Origin: Fistulifera solaris
Lineage: Eukaryota
NCBI GenBank assembly: GCA_030295235.1
Contig: AP026158.1
Span: forward strand, 186,001-250,000
Length of the DNA stretch: 64,000 nucleotides
Reading direction: 5' to 3'
Shown: positions 61,374-64,000 of the stretch, piece after piece
How positions within the stretch are numbered: position 1 is the stretch's first letter
How the letters are laid out: every line of letters begins with the position of its first letter
Translations under genes and position numbers: made by a program
The notes under the pieces: model-generated
What the model was told of the DNA's origin: nothing
Databases searched by the model: none
The model's input: the letters and a program-made list of their open reading frames with translations, nothing else

Positions 61374-62424
61374 ATGTTCGCGTTCCGTGTCGCTACCCGA
61401 CAAATCCTCCGCACATCTCCTCATCGTGTGAGCGTGATGATGATGATTCCCAGTGTGCGCGGTTTCAGTACGATGGATACCATGAAATCCGGAACTCCCA
61501 CATATATGAGCTTGTATCCGGAAACATCGACCGATGGAGGTAAGACCTCTCGAGAGTGTGCTCTTCGAGAAAGGAACGTCGTCCTCTCTCTCTCTCTCTC
61601 ACATACACACACACATACACACACTTTCATTAGGCATTCGGCTGGGCAACATTGTTCCCGACTTTCCAGCGGAAACGACGCACGGTACATGGAGTTCCTT
61701 TCACGAATGGAAAAAGGGCAAATGGGCCATATTGTTCAGTCATCCCGCCGATTTTACACCCGTCTGTACGACGGAAATTGGTCGTCTCGCATTGAAATAT
61801 GACGAACTCCAAGCGATGGATTGTCTCGTGGCGACACTCTCGGTCGATCCCGTCAAATCTCACGAACAATGGTTACAAGACGTCGTCGCGCATTGCGAAA
61901 ACAAGATTGAGGTCAAATTTCCCATCATTGGTGATGCCGATCGATCCATCAGTGAAGCGTACGGGATGATCGATCCGGGCACCTCGGGAGAACAAAGTTT
62001 GCCCTTGACGATTCGGGCCGTCTTTATTATCAATCCGGAAAACAAACTCATGTTGACCTTGAATTATCCCGCGTGTGTCGGACGCAACATGGACGAAATT
62101 GTCCGTTGTGTCAAGGCCTTGCAATTGTCGTACGAAAAGTCCATTGCCACGCCCGCCAATTGTAAGTTCTTTGTCGTTGTTGATTTTGTTGTCGGAATTA
62201 TTATTATTATTATTCACTCACACTTGGCTGGTGCAGGGCCCAACAATCACGAAGAAATTTTGCTACCCGACGGCACCCGCAGCAAGGAATTCAAAGGATC
62301 CGTCTTTTTGTTGCCCACTGTGAGTCAAGAAGAAGCTGAAGCGCATTATCCGGGCTATCATACGTGCGAAGTCCCGTCCAAAATTCCGTATTTGCGTCTC
62401 GTCAAGGCCGATCAAGTGCAGTAA
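61374..62424 (+). CDS. 1-Cys peroxiredoxin (Prx6 type) with mitochondrial-like presequence
   Basis: FSHPADFTPVCTTE, YPACVGRN, TPANWP, YLR; introns 61540-61633 and 62162-62236. Confidence 0.95.
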
Positions 62425-62443
62425 ATGAAATACAATATACTTT

Positions 62444-63178
62444 TCAGATAGCATTGTTCTTCATTCGTTCTTCAATATCGCGTGCCATAGTTTGTCGTAA
62501 TTCGATACAAGCTTGTGGAGTTATTCGTCGTTGCAATTGATCTTCCCATTCCTCTTCTTCCGTTTCCGCCAGTATTTGTGCCGTCAATAAGACATGACAG
62601 CCACAATCGTAACCATTCGTTTGTTGCGGTGTTTTCATTTCTTGGACGTGAATTGTATTCTTATTATTTGTCGTGGAGGAGTCGTTCGAGTCGTCCAGAT
62701 GGTGCCAAAACGATTGAAATCGTTCAGCGACGCGGTATGCCGCTGTCGAGTTGCCACTGTGACGACTGGAAGAATCGAAATGCCGATAAATACAATTACC
62801 TTCGTCTGTGAAAGTAGTAATCAGTAACAAACTCCAATGTGTTCCCAGTGTTTGATTTTTTCGAGACGGTTGTATTTCGTGTGACAATGTATCGTTAATG
62901 GGCAGAAACAGTTTGCGACAGTGTGTTTTCAAAGTCGGATATCCTCGCGCAAAGTCAGCAAGTTCGTCCTTGTCGTCCAACATCAAGAAACAAAACACGA
63001 CGGAAGGATCCCAAAAGAGGATCGAGTCGTCGTCGTCAAAACCCGACAAACACACGAATTGATAGTGCAAACACGCATCATTGAGCCACGCGTACGGATC
63101 TTCCAATAATTTCAAATCACGACCGTAAATACAGGCATCGTGATGATTGAGGATGAATTGATCGTCGTCATAAGTCAT
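62444..63178 (-). CDS. NEDD8-specific protease SENP8/NEDP1 (Ulp1/C48 family)
   Basis: WLND, PIND, GTHWSLL, HFDS, QQTNGYDCG catalytic triad. Confidence 0.9.
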   Translation of the reverse strand: MTYDDDQFILNHHDACIYGRDLKLLEDPYAWLNDACLHYQFVCLSGFDDDDSILFWDPSVVFCFLMLDDKDELADFARGYPTLKTHCRKLFLPINDTLSHEIQPSRKNQTLGTHWSLLLITTFTDEGNCIYRHFDSSSRHSGNSTAAYRVAERFQSFWHHLDDSNDSSTTNNKNTIHVQEMKTPQQTNGYDCGCHVLLTAQILAETEEEEWEDQLQRRITPQACIELRQTMARDIEERMKNNAI

Positions 63179-63539
63179 ATTCTCGCAGAATGAAAACGTA
63201 AGGAGGATGAGGATAAAAGGACGTTGATGGTTGATGGTGTTTTATGATGTCATCGTCGTCGTCGTCGTCGTTGCAGTTTTTGCTTTGCGTCTTGCGGTTT
63301 CGTTTCCCAAACGGTTTTTGCTGCGACAACTGCACCAGGTCGAATGCCCCGGTGCGACGCATCTTACTTACTATAACTTTGAGTGTACGATACGACAGCT
63401 CCAACGACAACGACCTGCAACAACAACAACAACAACAACAATAACAACAACGAGATCCCTTCACTATATTGTTGTTGTCATTCTTCACAGTATCTTACAA
63501 TTTTTTTTAATTAGCATCATCGCATCGTCTCAAACCATC

Positions 63540-64000
63540 ATGTCTTCCATTCTTTCTTCGACCAGTCATCATGTCCGAGGCAGCTCATTGGCCTTTCAAA
63601 ACATTTTGGTCGTCATTAAACAAACGGCCTTTGAAGAATATTCACAGGTAAGCTTGAGACGTTCATTTCGTTCTTCTACTATAAAAACTCATTCATTTCT
63701 TTCTTATTCACTACTTTTAGTTGAAATTACGAGGCCAAGCCCCGAAAGCTCTCCGTTGGTCACGTCTCGAACAACGATTCTTGCAACACAAACAATGTGT
63801 TACCGATTTATTAGAAATTTTACGACAACATGCCGTCCCGTTCAGTTGCGTCAATCGTGTCGAATTGGATCGACAACATTTGTCGGATATTGATTTGGTG
63901 ATTAGTGTGGGAGGCGATGGCACGTTGCTCAGTGCGGCGCATTTTCTCGATCACGGGACGATTCCTCTCTTGGGCATTAATTCTGATCCCAATATTCGGA
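63540..64000 (+). CDS. NAD(H) kinase (plant NADK3-like), runs off the window end
   Basis: Intron 63648-63720; DLVISVGGDGTLL, GINSDP. Confidence 0.88.

Overview
Eukaryotic, intron-containing, gene-dense nuclear DNA from a diatom, most likely a raphid pennate. Evidence: short GT-AG introns, bipartite signal + 'ASAF-like' plastid presequences, poly-Q/N/S/D microsatellites and diatom-type expanded families. A Fistulifera-like genus is my recollection-based guess, not a verified assignment. About 30 genes were identified, including an S41 peptidase, two CRAL-TRIO-like paralogs, PsbP-like, a Cu+-ATPase, fibrillin, two HMG-box paralogs, TMCO4, a PQQ sugar dehydrogenase, pirin, TauE, a Nudix CoA pyrophosphatase, a CaMK/cNMP kinase, ankyrin, CDK10/11, an M11 protease, TrmB-like, RelA/SpoT, DUF1989, 1-Cys peroxiredoxin, SENP8 and an NAD(H) kinase. 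Many genes are split by single-base indels in homopolymers, probably assembly errors. The main hidden feature is a selenoprotein M gene whose start the ORF track misses: signal peptide, then CGG-TGA(Sec) at 9991-9993, and a predicted C-terminal membrane anchor. Its 3' flank has no canonical SECIS but holds two tandem, covarying, short k-turn-like hairpins (AGGAC-stem-UGAU), a candidate non-canonical SECIS. Other notable items: a 141-bp gene-conversion tract, a 5'-truncated pirin joined to an expanded-family gene, a perfect 23-bp inverted repeat, a core-less cyclophilin-like domain, and a recurrent TACCWGGTA intergenic palindrome.
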